A stretch of DNA of 63,142 nucleotides, the filler included. It is 5 parts of 5 records of this genome, joined end to end, with 100 filler letters (N's around TTAATTAATTAA, not from the genome) between each part and the next. Parts side by side here need not be neighbours in the genome. Positions count along the whole stretch, not along the records: positions 30,872 to 39,730 come from DRR723986_7276; positions 39,831 to 56,122 come from DRR723986_7283; 3 more parts are not named here. One strand, given 5' to 3'. A program made the translations under genes and the position numbers. The notes beneath the pieces were generated by a model that made no database searches, was not told the DNA's origin, and saw nothing but the letters and a program-made list of their open reading frames with translations. Shown here one piece after another: positions 37,419 to 48,201 of the stretch (position 1 is the stretch's first letter; every line of letters starts with the position of its first letter).

Positions 37419-38093
37419 ATGGCCCGCTTTAACGAAATTGGCACCGCAACCATCCCCGGCAACGGCACCCGCTTGCGACTGCTGCAACGTAATGACGAGT
37501 TTTCCATCAAGATTGCCGGCGCCCCGGGTGAACTGATGAACAGCCGCTTACATGGTTCGGAGGATGCACTCGCCACACTGGCCTGTGAACGCCTGAGCCA
37601 TCTGCCCGCGCCACGGATCCTGATTGGCGGGCTGGGTATGGGCTTTACCCTGGCGGCAGCGCTTTCGGCTACAGGCGATCAGGCTCAGGTGACGGTGGCA
37701 GAGCTGGTTCCCGAGGTAGAAACCTGGAATCGCGGACCATTGGGCGCAGCCGCCGGCTACCCTCTGGACGATCCCCGGGCCGCCGTTCACATTGGCGATG
37801 TGGCAGAACTTTTGCGGCAGGGCGATGGCAACTGGGACGCCATCTTGCTGGATGTGGATAACGGTCCGGAAGGTCTTACCCGTAAAGAAAACAACTGGAT
37901 CTACTCTCCGGAAGGCATCGCCGCCGCCCAGAAATCCCTGAGCAACGACGGCATTCTCGCCTACTGGTCGGCCGGTCCGGAACAGGCCTTTACCGAACGC
38001 TTGCGGCGCGCTGGCTTTTCGGTGGAACCCGTTGTTGTTAGAGCCCTGCGTCCGGGTAAAGGCGCCCGTCACACAATCTGGCTGGCCTGGTAA
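37419..38093 (+). CDS. Spermidine-synthase-like SAM-dependent methyltransferase-fold protein
   Basis: ELMNSR.HGSE..LA, ILIGGLGMGFTL and DAILLDVDNGP motifs. Confidence 0.85.
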   Translation: MARFNEIGTATIPGNGTRLRLLQRNDEFSIKIAGAPGELMNSRLHGSEDALATLACERLSHLPAPRILIGGLGMGFTLAAALSATGDQAQVTVAELVPEVETWNRGPLGAAAGYPLDDPRAAVHIGDVAELLRQGDGNWDAILLDVDNGPEGLTRKENNWIYSPEGIAAAQKSLSNDGILAYWSAGPEQAFTERLRRAGFSVEPVVVRALRPGKGARHTIWLAW

Positions 38094-38237
38094 TTTAGGG
38101 GATGGCGGGCGATTCCCGATCGGTTTGTTGCCATACGGTCATTCGAAATACAGGTTCAGGTGTACTAGGGTTACTGATGAAGCCGCTATGTTTTGACGAG
38201 GATCTGGTCCTCGGCGAAACACTCAGGAGGTCTTTCC

Positions 38238-38771
38238 ATGAAACCCTCAGTGAGTATTACCGGTGAACAGGAAGCCCATAAAGTAGCCGCAATATTCGAG
38301 ACAGAAACCGATGCCAACGGCGTTGCAAGGGTGCTGTCGCAGGAAACCAGTCTGGATCACGAGCAAGTCATTGTTGTAAGCCCCCAGGACCAACACCCGG
38401 GTGAAGAGCTGGAGCCAGAGAATCAGGGCATATGGCAAACGCTGGTGCGTTCGCATCTCTGGCTCGGTATCGGCGGTGCAGTCGCAGGCTTTATTGTGTT
38501 CCTGATACTGAGCGCTATCGGCGTGGGGTTTATTGCCCAGAATGGCGTGGTTGCCGCAGCCGTTCTTGCGGCGCTCGGCCTGATACTTGGCCTGTTGGTG
38601 GCTGGAGGCGTTACGCTCCGGCCGGACCACACACCCTATGTTGCCAAAGCGCAGTCGGCTCTGAAGGACGGCAAGTATGTACTGACCGTGCATGCCTCCA
38701 GTTCTGAGCAACTCAAGGAGGCCACGACGGTCCTGAAAAACCGGAACGTCCGGTTAGTGCGCACTATCTGA
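38238..38771 (+). CDS. Hypothetical 2-TM membrane protein
   Basis: AGGAGG RBS; soluble N- and C-terminal parts around two Gly-rich TM helices. Confidence 0.75.
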   Translation: MKPSVSITGEQEAHKVAAIFETETDANGVARVLSQETSLDHEQVIVVSPQDQHPGEELEPENQGIWQTLVRSHLWLGIGGAVAGFIVFLILSAIGVGFIAQNGVVAAAVLAALGLILGLLVAGGVTLRPDHTPYVAKAQSALKDGKYVLTVHASSSEQLKEATTVLKNRNVRLVRTI

Positions 38772-39729
38772 GCCTCCGCCCCCGGAGCCACGTTATTGGT
38801 AGCAACCAGAGCACGGTGGCCAGTAGCCAGCGCGTAAGCAACAGCAGTGGCAGCAGTACCAGGAACCATCCTGGTATCTGCACCATCCAGGCCGGCACGC
38901 CCAGTACCCGGGCAGCGCCGGCGAATACGTCGTTCAGTAAGGCGGGGTGTTTGACAACGACATAGACCAGAGCCACCGCAGCGGGCCACTTTGCGTTGCT
39001 AACCATGACCGAAGCCATTCGCCCGGCCCGCGCGAGGCGGGAAGAATAGGCCGCGGAACGGGCGGTGACACTTGAGGCTCTTGCAGTACCTGCTGCCGCC
39101 CGACCGGCTTTCAGGAATTTCACCGCACTGCCAATAATCAGCGCGTCTACGGCGGCCCAGCCGACATCTTCCATGCGGATCGGCTGATCGGTACGGTACC
39201 GGGATTCCAGAGTCCGGATGCCACTGGTGAAGAACTGCGTAATGCCCTCTGTAATCCGCTCCGTCCAGATCCACTCTATGTTATTGCCATCGGCCCCCAC
39301 CACGAACTGGCCCGTGAAATCCTGCCCTTCTTTACTGGCGAAGTTGACGGCATACCAGGCACGCTGTTCCGGCGTCAGGACTTTACCGGTGCCGGCAACC
39401 CGGTTCATCATCTCAATCGAGCCAACCGGATTCTGATAAAAATGCATCACAGGAGGCATCAGATACTCGCCATGGGCTCGCAGGGCCTGCCGAAATTCCG
39501 GTTCTTCACCAAACAGATCCATTACAAACCTGGTCCACTCGGGGTATACCTGCAACGCGGCCTGAGCTTTCAGCAACAGCAGGCGGTCGTCCCGGTAATC
39601 CAGCAGGAGCGCCTGCAGAGCCAAGGCTTCGCCCAGCAGCGGTGATTCCGTACCGAATTCATTCTGGGCATGCAGGCGCACAAGCCGTTCTTCAACCGGT
39701 TGCGGTTGCAAGCGTACTGACACCAGAAC
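38764..39729 (-). CDS. Hypothetical membrane protein, 5' end cut by the contig end
   Basis: Open frame running to the contig edge; hydrophobic C-terminus. Confidence 0.7.
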   Translation of the reverse strand, partial: VLVSVRLQPQPVEERLVRLHAQNEFGTESPLLGEALALQALLLDYRDDRLLLLKAQAALQVYPEWTRFVMDLFGEEPEFRQALRAHGEYLMPPVMHFYQNPVGSIEMMNRVAGTGKVLTPEQRAWYAVNFASKEGQDFTGQFVVGADGNNIEWIWTERITEGITQFFTSGIRTLESRYRTDQPIRMEDVGWAAVDALIIGSAVKFLKAGRAAAGTARASSVTARSAAYSSRLARAGRMASVMVSNAKWPAAVALVYVVVKHPALLNDVFAGAARVLGVPAWMVQIPGWFLVLLPLLLLTRWLLATVLWLLPITWLRGRRLR

Positions 39730-39730
39730 G

Positions 39731-39830
39731 NNNNNNNNNNNNNNNNNNNNNNNNNNNNNNNNNNNNNNNNNNNNTTAATTAATTAANNNNNNNNNNNNNN
39801 NNNNNNNNNNNNNNNNNNNNNNNNNNNNNN
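39731..39830. other. Artificial contig linker
   Basis: 44 N + TTAATTAATTAA + 44 N. Confidence 0.98.
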
Positions 39831-39961
39831 TCCTCGCCCTGGCCAATATCGGCGGTGAAGGTCACTACCTCACAAGCGTAAGTGTCCTGCAGCCAGCGCA
39901 CGATCACCGAGGTATCCAGTCCACCTGAATACGCCAGTACCACCTTGTTTACATCCGACAT
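39831..39961 (-). CDS. argG: Argininosuccinate synthase, N-terminal fragment
   Basis: [15 protein letters not shown].....[12 protein letters not shown]. Confidence 0.95.
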
Positions 39962-40103
39962 CGCGTTTCCCCATCCAGCCTGTCAAAAAGGCCACGTATT
40001 CTACTCTCGGGCCCGGGCAATTCCCAGCTACCCGCGGGGCTCTGTTTCAGCCGCGCCGGGATTACGGTAGCATGCCTGCTCCTTGGCTCATCTCAGGCAG
40101 ACC

Positions 40104-41150
40104 GTGAAAGAACTGACCATCACCCGCCCGGACGACTGGCACGTACACCTGCGCGACGGCGAGGCCCTGGTCAACACCTGTGCCGACATGGCGCGCTATT
40201 TCCAGCGCGCCATCGTGATGCCGAACCTGACCCCACCCGCCAACACAGTGGCCCAGGCCAGCGCCTACCGCGACCGTATCCTGCAGGCCATGCGCGGGCT
40301 GCCGCGCAGCTTTGACCCGCTGATGACCCTGTACCTGACAGACCAGACCGACCCGGCGGAAATCGAGCTCGCCGCCGCCTCGGAGCACGTGCACGCGGTA
40401 AAACTCTACCCGGCGGGCGCGACCACCAATTCCGAGGCAGGGGTGGCCCGGCTGGAGGCCCTGTTCCCGGTGCTGGCGGCGATGGAAGAATGTGACCTGC
40501 CACTGCTGATTCACGGAGAGGTGACAGACCACGATATCGATATCTTCGACCGGGAGCAGGTCTTCATTGAGCGCCACCTGGCGCCGATCGCCGCGCGCTT
40601 CCCCGGCCTGCGCATCGTGCTGGAACATATCACCACCCGCGATGCGGTGCGCTTTGTGCGCGAGGCGCCGGACAACATCGCCGCGACCATCACCGCCCAT
40701 CACCTGCTGCTGAATCGCAATGACATGCTGGTGGGGGGTATCCGACCACACTACTACTGCCTGCCTATCCTCAAGCGCAACGTGCACCAGAACGAGCTGC
40801 TCGAAGCCGCCAGCTCCGGCAGCCCGAAATTCTTCCTGGGGACCGACTCGGCGCCCCACAGTACGCTGAGCAAGGAATCGCCCTGTGGCTGCGCCGGGGT
40901 CTACACCGCCCACGCCGCGCTGGAGCTCTACGCCGAGGCCTTCGAGTCAGTCGGCGCGCTGGACAAGCTTGAGGGCTTCGCCTCCCTGTTCGGGCCGGAC
41001 TTTTATCGCCTGCCCCGCAACACCGACACCGTTACCCTGCGCCGGGAAAGCTGGCAGGTACCGGACCAGCTCCCCCTGGGCAGTGCCGCACTGACCCCAC
41101 TGCGCGCCGGGGAGACAGTTTCCTGGCGCGTTGTAGACACGGACGACTGA
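40104..41150 (+). CDS. pyrC: Dihydroorotase (homodimeric type)
   Basis: [36 protein letters not shown] and LGTDSAPH motifs; start GTG 40104 or TTG 40083. Confidence 0.97.
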   Translation: MKELTITRPDDWHVHLRDGEALVNTCADMARYFQRAIVMPNLTPPANTVAQASAYRDRILQAMRGLPRSFDPLMTLYLTDQTDPAEIELAAASEHVHAVKLYPAGATTNSEAGVARLEALFPVLAAMEECDLPLLIHGEVTDHDIDIFDREQVFIERHLAPIAARFPGLRIVLEHITTRDAVRFVREAPDNIAATITAHHLLLNRNDMLVGGIRPHYYCLPILKRNVHQNELLEAASSGSPKFFLGTDSAPHSTLSKESPCGCAGVYTAHAALELYAEAFESVGALDKLEGFASLFGPDFYRLPRNTDTVTLRRESWQVPDQLPLGSAALTPLRAGETVSWRVVDTDD

Positions 41151-41153
41151 GGC

Positions 41154-41792
41154 TTGAAAGACGACAACGTGCACCGTATCGCGGATCGGTTCCGCGGCTT
41201 CCTGCCGGTGGTGGTCGACCTGGAGACCGGTGGGTTTATCGCCGCCACCGATGCCATCCTGGAAATCGCTGCGACCATCGTGCGCATGGACGATGACGGC
41301 CTGATGAGCGTGCACCGCACCCACAACTTCAACGTCAAACCCTTCGAGGGTGCCAACCTGGAGCAGGCCGCACTGGACTTCACCGGCATCGATCCCCATC
41401 ACCCGTTCCGCGAGGCGGTAGACGAGGAGCATGCGATGGGCGAACTGTTCCGGATCGTGCGCAAGGAGATCAGGGACCAGGGCTGCAACCGGGCTATCCT
41501 GGTCGGGCACAACGCCCATTTCGACGCCGGCTTCGTCAACGCCGCGGTCGAGCGCTGCGCCATCAAACGCAACCCGTTCCACCCCTTCTCCTACTTTGAT
41601 ACCGCGACCCTGTCGGGACTTGCCTATGGCCAGACAGTGCTCGCCAAGGCCTGCCAGGAGGCCGGCATCCCCTTCGACAATGCGGAAGCGCACTCGGCGG
41701 CCTACGATGCAGAGCGCACCGCCGAGCTGTTCTGTGAAATTGTGAATCGCTGGAAGGAGTCGGGGGGCTGGATGCCCAGCTTCGCAGACTAG
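41154..41792 (+). CDS. rnt: Ribonuclease T
   Basis: [31 protein letters not shown] and AHSAAYD motifs. Confidence 0.97.
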   Translation: MKDDNVHRIADRFRGFLPVVVDLETGGFIAATDAILEIAATIVRMDDDGLMSVHRTHNFNVKPFEGANLEQAALDFTGIDPHHPFREAVDEEHAMGELFRIVRKEIRDQGCNRAILVGHNAHFDAGFVNAAVERCAIKRNPFHPFSYFDTATLSGLAYGQTVLAKACQEAGIPFDNAEAHSAAYDAERTAELFCEIVNRWKESGGWMPSFAD

Positions 41793-41797
41793 GCGGC

Positions 41798-42397
41798 TTA
41801 GTCCTCGCCGCTGATTTCGTTGAGAATCACGTCCAGTTCGCGCACCAGTTCATCGATATTTTCAGCACCCAGCAAGTCGTACTTCAGCGCCTCCTCCAGC
41901 GGCAACAGTTGCACCAGGGTATACGCCACCTGCCAGGCGTCGCCGTAGTCGACCTGTAAGCCCATGCGCTGCACGTGGGGATGGGTTTCCAGGCTGCGCA
42001 GCACGGCCGCGAGCGACTGCCAGCTATCGAGCATTGCAGCCTGTCCCAGCGGTTCGTGCAGATCGACCTCCCCCATGACCAGCCCGTTGTCCGCGCGCCG
42101 ACTCTGATGCAGTTCGAAGCGCTCCCCGCCCTGGATGGTGATCCCCAGCAGGCCGTTGGGCAACTGGTCCCAGTCAACGATACGGGCGTAGGTGCCGTAG
42201 TCACCGAGCTCGGGCTCCAGACCGCCCGCTCCCGCAATCTCGGGGCCACTGCTGATCCAGACGACGCCGAAACCCGTTCCGCTGCGCATGCAGTCGCGCA
42301 CCAGGTCGATATAGCGTTGCTCAAATATCTGCAGCGGCACGCGCCCATGGGGCAGCAGCACAGCTGACAGGGGAAAGAGGGGAATTTCTTCGCTCAT
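41798..42397 (-). CDS. LON peptidase N-terminal (substrate-binding) domain protein
   Basis: IPLFPL.AVLLP.G..PLQIFEQRYIDLV. Confidence 0.9.
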   Translation of the reverse strand: MSEEIPLFPLSAVLLPHGRVPLQIFEQRYIDLVRDCMRSGTGFGVVWISSGPEIAGAGGLEPELGDYGTYARIVDWDQLPNGLLGITIQGGERFELHQSRRADNGLVMGEVDLHEPLGQAAMLDSWQSLAAVLRSLETHPHVQRMGLQVDYGDAWQVAYTLVQLLPLEEALKYDLLGAENIDELVRELDVILNEISGED

Positions 42398-42419
42398 CGG
42401 CGCGATTGCTCCTCGACCG

Positions 42420-42674
42420 TCAGGGGCGGCTCAATTCCTCAAGCCGGCCCAGAATGATAATGGCTTCCTCCCGGTCATTCCCACAGAACGCCGGTTCCGC
42501 CTGAAAATCACTGCAACAGCGCGGTCGCCGGGGGTCTTCGAACAGCGCACAGCGCCAGTCATCCTCAAGGTGAACGCAGCGCACCCCTGCCGGTTTGCCC
42601 TCAGGCATGCCGAAGAAGGGGCGGCTAATCGCCGGCGCGATACAGCAGGCACCGCAGCCACTACGACACGCCAT
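42420..42674 (-). CDS. YkgJ family cysteine cluster protein
   Basis: CRSGCGACCIAPAIS..GMPEGKPAGVRC...C.LF..PRRP.CC. Confidence 0.88.
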   Translation of the reverse strand: MACRSGCGACCIAPAISRPFFGMPEGKPAGVRCVHLEDDWRCALFEDPRRPRCCSDFQAEPAFCGNDREEAIIILGRLEELSRP

Positions 42675-45273
42675 TAGCACCGGAATCAGGCCCCAGCGGT
42701 CGGAAGGTGATGATCAACTTCGGCAACAGCAGTAACGCACCCAGCACCGCCACAACCATGGCGAGCACCGTCAGCACGCCGAAGTAGATGCTGGGATTGA
42801 AGTTGGACAAGGTCAGGGTCGAGAAGCCGATCACCACGGTGACGGTGGTGTAATACATGGCCCGTCCGATACTGCCGTGACAGCGGAACATGGTCGCCCG
42901 GTAATTGCGGTCCTGGGGAAACTCGTGCATGAAACGATGCACATAGTGAATACAGTCATCGACCCCGATACCGACCACGATAGCGGCAATGGTGATGGTC
43001 ATAATGTCCAGCGGGATTCCCGCCACCCCCATCACACCCAGAACCAGCCCCGCCGCCAGCAGGTTGGGCGCGAGCGCGATCAGGGCCAGGGACAGGGAGC
43101 GGAACAGGGCCCAGAACATGACCAGGATGGCGAGGAATACCGCGCCCAGGGTCAGGATCTGCGAACGGAACAGGCTCTGCAGCACATTGTTATACAGCAC
43201 CAGCATGCCGGTGAACCTTACCTGCTCCGGCGCCAGCTGATAGTCGTCGATCAATTCCTGGCGTAACTCCCGCAGGAACTGGTCCCGGCGCAACTCCTTG
43301 CTGGTCTCCATGGCCCGCACCGTAATTCGCGCCTGCTCCTGGCCGGCGGAGAAGTACGGGTCGACCATCAGGCCGCGAATATCCTCCGGCAGGCTCTTCT
43401 GCACCAGCGCCAGTTCCACGCTGCCGATATCTTCCCCCAGCAGATCCTTGACCACCGCAAAGGTCGTCGACAGGGAAAGTACCTTACCGGTCTCCGGACG
43501 CTCATCGACATGATTGTGTACCTTGTCGAGTACTCGCATCCCCTCGAGACTGAACCAGTAGCTGGGGGTAAAGCTCTCACTCTCACCACCGAAGTCATCG
43601 AAGTCGTCACCAAACTCGTCATCCCAGGTGTCGCCGCCAAGGCCATCATCTGCGGCAAAACTATCACCCTCTTCCGCGAACGGGTCATCCTCGGCCAGGG
43701 GCGCGACATCGCCGACCGCATCTATCCCCTCCAGGCCGGGCAGCGGCGCATCGGTATCCGGGGCGTACAGCAGGATATCCAGCGGGATGGTGCCGCCGAG
43801 TTTGGAATCCAGCAGTTCCATGCCCTGGTAGATCTCGGTGGTTTCCTTGAAATAGTCGATAAAGCGATTCTCAACCTGCAGCCGGGATATGCCATAGACC
43901 ACAACGCCAGCCAGGGCCAGACTCAACACCAGGATGCTGGTTCCGAACTGGTCGGTCAGGGTGGCAAAGCGCAGGGTCATGGGCTTCGTTACCGCGCCGT
44001 ATTTGAACGGGCGCCCCTTGGGCCAGACCAGCATCAGGCAGGGCACCAGGATGAAGGCCAGCAGCAGGGCCAGGGCGATACCCACAGTCATCATCCAGCC
44101 GAAATCGATCACCGGCTGGATGCCCGACACCACCAGCGACATAAAAGCCACGATAGTCGTGATGCCGGTGTAGATACAGGGCACGGCCATCAGTTCCACC
44201 GAGCGCTTCACCCGCAGGTACAGGTCGCCCTCGGGGTCCGCCGCGTGCAACTCCCGATAGCGCACGATGATGTGGATTGCGATCGCCAGGGTAATGATCA
44301 GCAATACGGCAACAAAATTGGAGGAGATGACCGTCATCCGCCAATCGAGGAAGCCCAGCAGGCCGAGCATAACGGTGACAGTGGCGATACAGGTGACGAG
44401 CGGAATCACCACCCAGCGCACCCGCTGGAAAATCACCGCCAGCACCAGCAGCATCACACCCAGGATCGAGCTGCCGAACAGCACCAGGTCACTCTGCACA
44501 AAACTCACCATGTCGGCGGCGATCATCGGCACACCACCGACAAAGATCTGCGCGTGATCGCGGTACCTGGCCGCAATCCGGCGCACGTCGACCACCAGCG
44601 CGGCCTGCTGCTCCAGCGCCACCGAGGTATGGGCCTTGAAGGCCTGCTGCACGGTTTCCAGCTCGCGGTGTCCGGCGGCGTCCAGTTCACCCGCCTGCTC
44701 GGCAAGCCGCAGGGCCTCGCGCTGGTCGAGCAGGTCAAAGTACCGCTCGTCGCGCTCGAGATTGACCTGCACCGCGCTCAGCTCGCCATCGCGGCTCACC
44801 AGCAGGTCGGCATAGATCGGGCTGGTGGTAAATTCCGCCAGCGCAAGTTCGCGATCGAGATCCGGGGTATCCAGTGACGGCAGCGGATCGCCCGAGGTGA
44901 TGTCCGACAGGCTCACCGGCGGGCTTTCCAGCAGCGGCACGTCCCAGACCGTAACTACCGAGGCGACCCCGTTGAGTTGACGCAGCTCATCCGCCATGCG
45001 GCGCAGTGGTAGCAGCGACGCGTCGCTCAGCAGGGCTGAATCCGGCTGCCAGGTCAGCAGCAGAAAATCCTCGGCCCGGTACTCGCGCCCGGTTTCGCGA
45101 AAAAACGCCAGTGCCGGGTCACCCTGCAGCAACAGGGAATCGGCGGAGGCATCGAGCTTGATCTTTGGCAACTGGGTGGCGCTGATGATCACCAGCAGGG
45201 CCACAACTACCAGGGACAGCCAGGGCCGTTCCAATACCAGCCGCTCATAGCCGCGGGCGACGAATTTGCTCAT
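42661..45273 (-). CDS. MMPL/RND family transporter
   Basis: Two TM repeats; LDASADSL, TTIVAF.SL and IVVGIGVDDCIHY motifs. Confidence 0.92.
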   Translation of the reverse strand: MSKFVARGYERLVLERPWLSLVVVALLVIISATQLPKIKLDASADSLLLQGDPALAFFRETGREYRAEDFLLLTWQPDSALLSDASLLPLRRMADELRQLNGVASVVTVWDVPLLESPPVSLSDITSGDPLPSLDTPDLDRELALAEFTTSPIYADLLVSRDGELSAVQVNLERDERYFDLLDQREALRLAEQAGELDAAGHRELETVQQAFKAHTSVALEQQAALVVDVRRIAARYRDHAQIFVGGVPMIAADMVSFVQSDLVLFGSSILGVMLLVLAVIFQRVRWVVIPLVTCIATVTVMLGLLGFLDWRMTVISSNFVAVLLIITLAIAIHIIVRYRELHAADPEGDLYLRVKRSVELMAVPCIYTGITTIVAFMSLVVSGIQPVIDFGWMMTVGIALALLLAFILVPCLMLVWPKGRPFKYGAVTKPMTLRFATLTDQFGTSILVLSLALAGVVVYGISRLQVENRFIDYFKETTEIYQGMELLDSKLGGTIPLDILLYAPDTDAPLPGLEGIDAVGDVAPLAEDDPFAEEGDSFAADDGLGGDTWDDEFGDDFDDFGGESESFTPSYWFSLEGMRVLDKVHNHVDERPETGKVLSLSTTFAVVKDLLGEDIGSVELALVQKSLPEDIRGLMVDPYFSAGQEQARITVRAMETSKELRRDQFLRELRQELIDDYQLAPEQVRFTGMLVLYNNVLQSLFRSQILTLGAVFLAILVMFWALFRSLSLALIALAPNLLAAGLVLGVMGVAGIPLDIMTITIAAIVVGIGVDDCIHYVHRFMHEFPQDRNYRATMFRCHGSIGRAMYYTTVTVVIGFSTLTLSNFNPSIYFGVLTVLAMVVAVLGALLLLPKLIITFRPLGPDSGANGVS

Positions 45274-46652
45274 AGGGCGTTTCCTGCTTCCAGTGCGGCC
45301 AGCAGCTTGCGGTGAACCCCGCCAAAGCCGCCATTACTCATAATGACAATGCAGTCACCGGGCCGGGCTTCTGCAACCACGTCCTTGACCAGCTGGTCGA
45401 TGTCGACACTGAGGCTGGCCGTAACCGGGCTGGCGGCAACGACCTCGCTCAGCGACCAGTCCATCCCCGCCGGCTGGTACCAGAACACGCGATCGGCGGC
45501 GGCAGTAGCCGGGGCGAGCCGTGCGAGATGCTCGCCGCGGCGCATCGTGTTGGAGCGCGGCTCGACCAGGGCAATGATCCTGCCCGCGGGCTGACCTTCG
45601 CGCAGCCCCTCCAGGGTACTGGCGATCGCCGTGGGGTGATGGGCGAAATCGTCGTAGACGCTGATGCCGTCCACGCTGCCGAGCAGTTCCATGCGCCGTT
45701 TCACCCCGCCAAAGGCTGTCACCGCCGCCGCAGCAAGCTCGCCGACCACGCCGACGTGGTGTGCCGCCGCCATTGCCGCCAGCGCGTTCTCCACATTGTG
45801 CAGGCCGCGATGCGCCCAGCGAATCTCATGGCTGATACCGTCCGGGCCGCTGACCTCGAACGCAGAGCCATCGGCGGCCAGCAGGCGCGCGTGCCAGTCA
45901 CCCTCCCCGCGACCCGCTATGGCAAAGGCCTGGCGCGGGGTCCAGCAACCCTGGTCAAAGACGGCGTCGATGCCCGGGTCCGAACCCCGGTGCACAATCA
46001 GGCCGGCACCGGGAACACACCGTACGAGGTGGTGGAACTGGCGCTGGATAGCCGCGAGGTCCGGGAAAATATCCGCGTGGTCGAACTCCAGGTTATTGAT
46101 CGCCAGGGTGCGCGGCCGGTAGTGAACAAACTTGGACCGCTTGTCGAAGAAAGCGGTGTCGTATTCATCGGCCTCAACCACAAAGAAATCCGACTCGCCG
46201 CCACGCGCCGAGTGGCCAAAGTCGGCCGGCACACCGCCGATCAGGAATCCCGGCGCCATGCCCGCGGACTCGAGAATCCAGGCCAGAAGGCTGCTGGTGG
46301 TGGTCTTGCCATGGGTACCGGCCACGGCGAGCACCCACTTGTCCTGCAGGATATGCTCCGCCAGCCACTGGGGACCCGAGGTGTAGTGCAAGCCGGCATC
46401 CAGCATGTATTCCACCGCCGGGTTGCCGCGGGTCATGGCATTACCGACCACCACCATGTCAGGCGCCGGCTGCAAGTGCGAGGCGTCATAGCCCTCCATC
46501 AGGGCGATGCCGGCCGCTTCCAGCTGGGTGCTCATCGGTGGGTAGACATTGGCATCGGAGCCGGTCACCGTGTAGCCCCGCTCCCGGGCCAGCAGGGCAA
46601 TACCGCCCATGAAGGTTCCGCATATGCCCAGGATATGTATGTGGCCGGTCAC
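45270..46652 (-). CDS. mpl: Murein peptide ligase
   Basis: HIHILGICGTFMGG, AGTHGKTTT, EADEYDTAFFDKRSKF, DDFAHHPTAI and MSNGGFGG motifs. Confidence 0.97.
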   Translation of the reverse strand: MTGHIHILGICGTFMGGIALLARERGYTVTGSDANVYPPMSTQLEAAGIALMEGYDASHLQPAPDMVVVGNAMTRGNPAVEYMLDAGLHYTSGPQWLAEHILQDKWVLAVAGTHGKTTTSSLLAWILESAGMAPGFLIGGVPADFGHSARGGESDFFVVEADEYDTAFFDKRSKFVHYRPRTLAINNLEFDHADIFPDLAAIQRQFHHLVRCVPGAGLIVHRGSDPGIDAVFDQGCWTPRQAFAIAGRGEGDWHARLLAADGSAFEVSGPDGISHEIRWAHRGLHNVENALAAMAAAHHVGVVGELAAAAVTAFGGVKRRMELLGSVDGISVYDDFAHHPTAIASTLEGLREGQPAGRIIALVEPRSNTMRRGEHLARLAPATAAADRVFWYQPAGMDWSLSEVVAASPVTASLSVDIDQLVKDVVAEARPGDCIVIMSNGGFGGVHRKLLAALEAGNAL

Positions 46653-46807
46653 GGCTGCTCCTTTTTAACAGCGGGCAATGGTAGCACGCACCGTGTGGGT
46701 GCCACAGTGGCGCCACGCGGGCACCCACCGAGGTCCACAAGGCAGGCGCTTTGCCGTATCATGCCACCCTGGCGAAAACAGCAGACAGCGACGGAAACCC
46801 GATCAAT

Positions 46808-48070
46808 ATGGCCAGGAAAAACGCATTCTATGCCCAGTCCGGCGGGGTGACTGCCGTCATCAACGCCTCAGCCTGCGGCGTCATCGAGACCGCGCGTAAG
46901 CACCGGGACCAGATCGGCAAAGTCCTGGCGGGGCGCAACGGCATCATCGGCGCGCTGCGGGAAGACCTGATCGACACCAGCAAGGAGAGCCCCGCAGCCA
47001 TTCGCGGCCTGCTGACCACGCCCAGTGGCGCCTTCGGATCCTGCCGCCACAAACTGAAAAGCCTGGAAGAGAACCGCGCCGAGTACGCGCGCCTGATCGA
47101 GGTATTCAAGGCGCACAACATCGGCTACTTCTTCTATAACGGCGGTGGTGATTCCGCCGACACCTGCCTCAAGGTATCGCAGCTGAGCAAGGCGATGGGT
47201 TACCCGCTGCAGGCGATCCATGTACCCAAGACCATCGACAACGACCTGCCCCTGACCGACAACTGCCCGGGTTTCGGCTCGGTGGCCAAGTACATTGCCA
47301 TCTCGACCCGGGAAGCGGCCATGGACGTCGCATCAATGTGCGAAACCTCGACCAAGGTGTTCATCCTCGAGGTCATGGGCCGGCACGCGGGCTGGATCGC
47401 CGCCGCCGCCGGCCTGGCTGCACAGGACAAGAACGACGCCCCCCACATTATCCTGTTCCCGGAAATCGCCTTCGATCGGAAGAAGTTCCTCGACAAGGTC
47501 CGGCAGACGGTACAGCGCAACGGCTACTGTGTCGTAGTCGCCTCCGAGGGGGCTCAATATGCCGACGGCAGTTTTCTCAGCGACTCCGGCGTGCGGGACG
47601 CTTTCGGCCACGCTCAACTGGGCGGCCTGGCGCCCTCCCTGGCGCAGATGATCAAGTCGGAACTGGGCTACAAGTACCACTGGGCTGTCGCTGACTACCT
47701 GCAGCGTTCCGCCCGGCATATCGCCTCCCAGACCGATGTCGACCAGGCCTATGCCCTGGGCGAGGCGGCGGTGGAAATGGCCCTGGCCGGCCACAACGCG
47801 GTCATGCCCTGCATAGTCCGCGGCAAGGGCAAACGCTACCGCTGGTCAATCGGTGAAGCACCGCTGGCGCGGGTGGCCAACCGGGAAAAGAAGATGCCCC
47901 GCAGCTATATCACCCGCGATGGCTTTGGCATCACCGGCGCGGCCCGTGACTATCTGTCCCCGCTGATCGCCGGAGAAGCCTACCCGACCTATAGAGATGG
48001 CCTGCCCCAGTATGTGCGCCTGAAAAATATCTCGGTACCGCGCCGCCTCGATACCCGATTCGAACTCTGA
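46808..48070 (+). CDS. pfp: Phosphofructokinase with a PPi-dependent (Pfp-type) signature
   Basis: YAQSGGVTAVINAS, NGGGDS, PKTIDNDL, EVMGRHAGW and DAFGHAQLGG motifs. Confidence 0.85.
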   Translation: MARKNAFYAQSGGVTAVINASACGVIETARKHRDQIGKVLAGRNGIIGALREDLIDTSKESPAAIRGLLTTPSGAFGSCRHKLKSLEENRAEYARLIEVFKAHNIGYFFYNGGGDSADTCLKVSQLSKAMGYPLQAIHVPKTIDNDLPLTDNCPGFGSVAKYIAISTREAAMDVASMCETSTKVFILEVMGRHAGWIAAAAGLAAQDKNDAPHIILFPEIAFDRKKFLDKVRQTVQRNGYCVVVASEGAQYADGSFLSDSGVRDAFGHAQLGGLAPSLAQMIKSELGYKYHWAVADYLQRSARHIASQTDVDQAYALGEAAVEMALAGHNAVMPCIVRGKGKRYRWSIGEAPLARVANREKKMPRSYITRDGFGITGAARDYLSPLIAGEAYPTYRDGLPQYVRLKNISVPRRLDTRFEL

Positions 48071-48201
48071 ACCGACCGTAACCCCCTTGCCGGCCTCCCC
48101 CGGCCAGGGCGGTCGTTTGTGGTGTTCTTGCGCGAGATTTTCGCCGGCTTCCCCTGTACAATGCGCCCCCCCATAGTGACGCAAACCTGAGGTATTTCCC
48201 C

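Noticed and set aside
45312-46850. 512-aa ORF on the + strand, and the similar 455-aa ORF at 43510-44877
   Set aside because: These are antisense shadows of mpl and MMPL caused by high-GC codon bias and show no recognisable motifs
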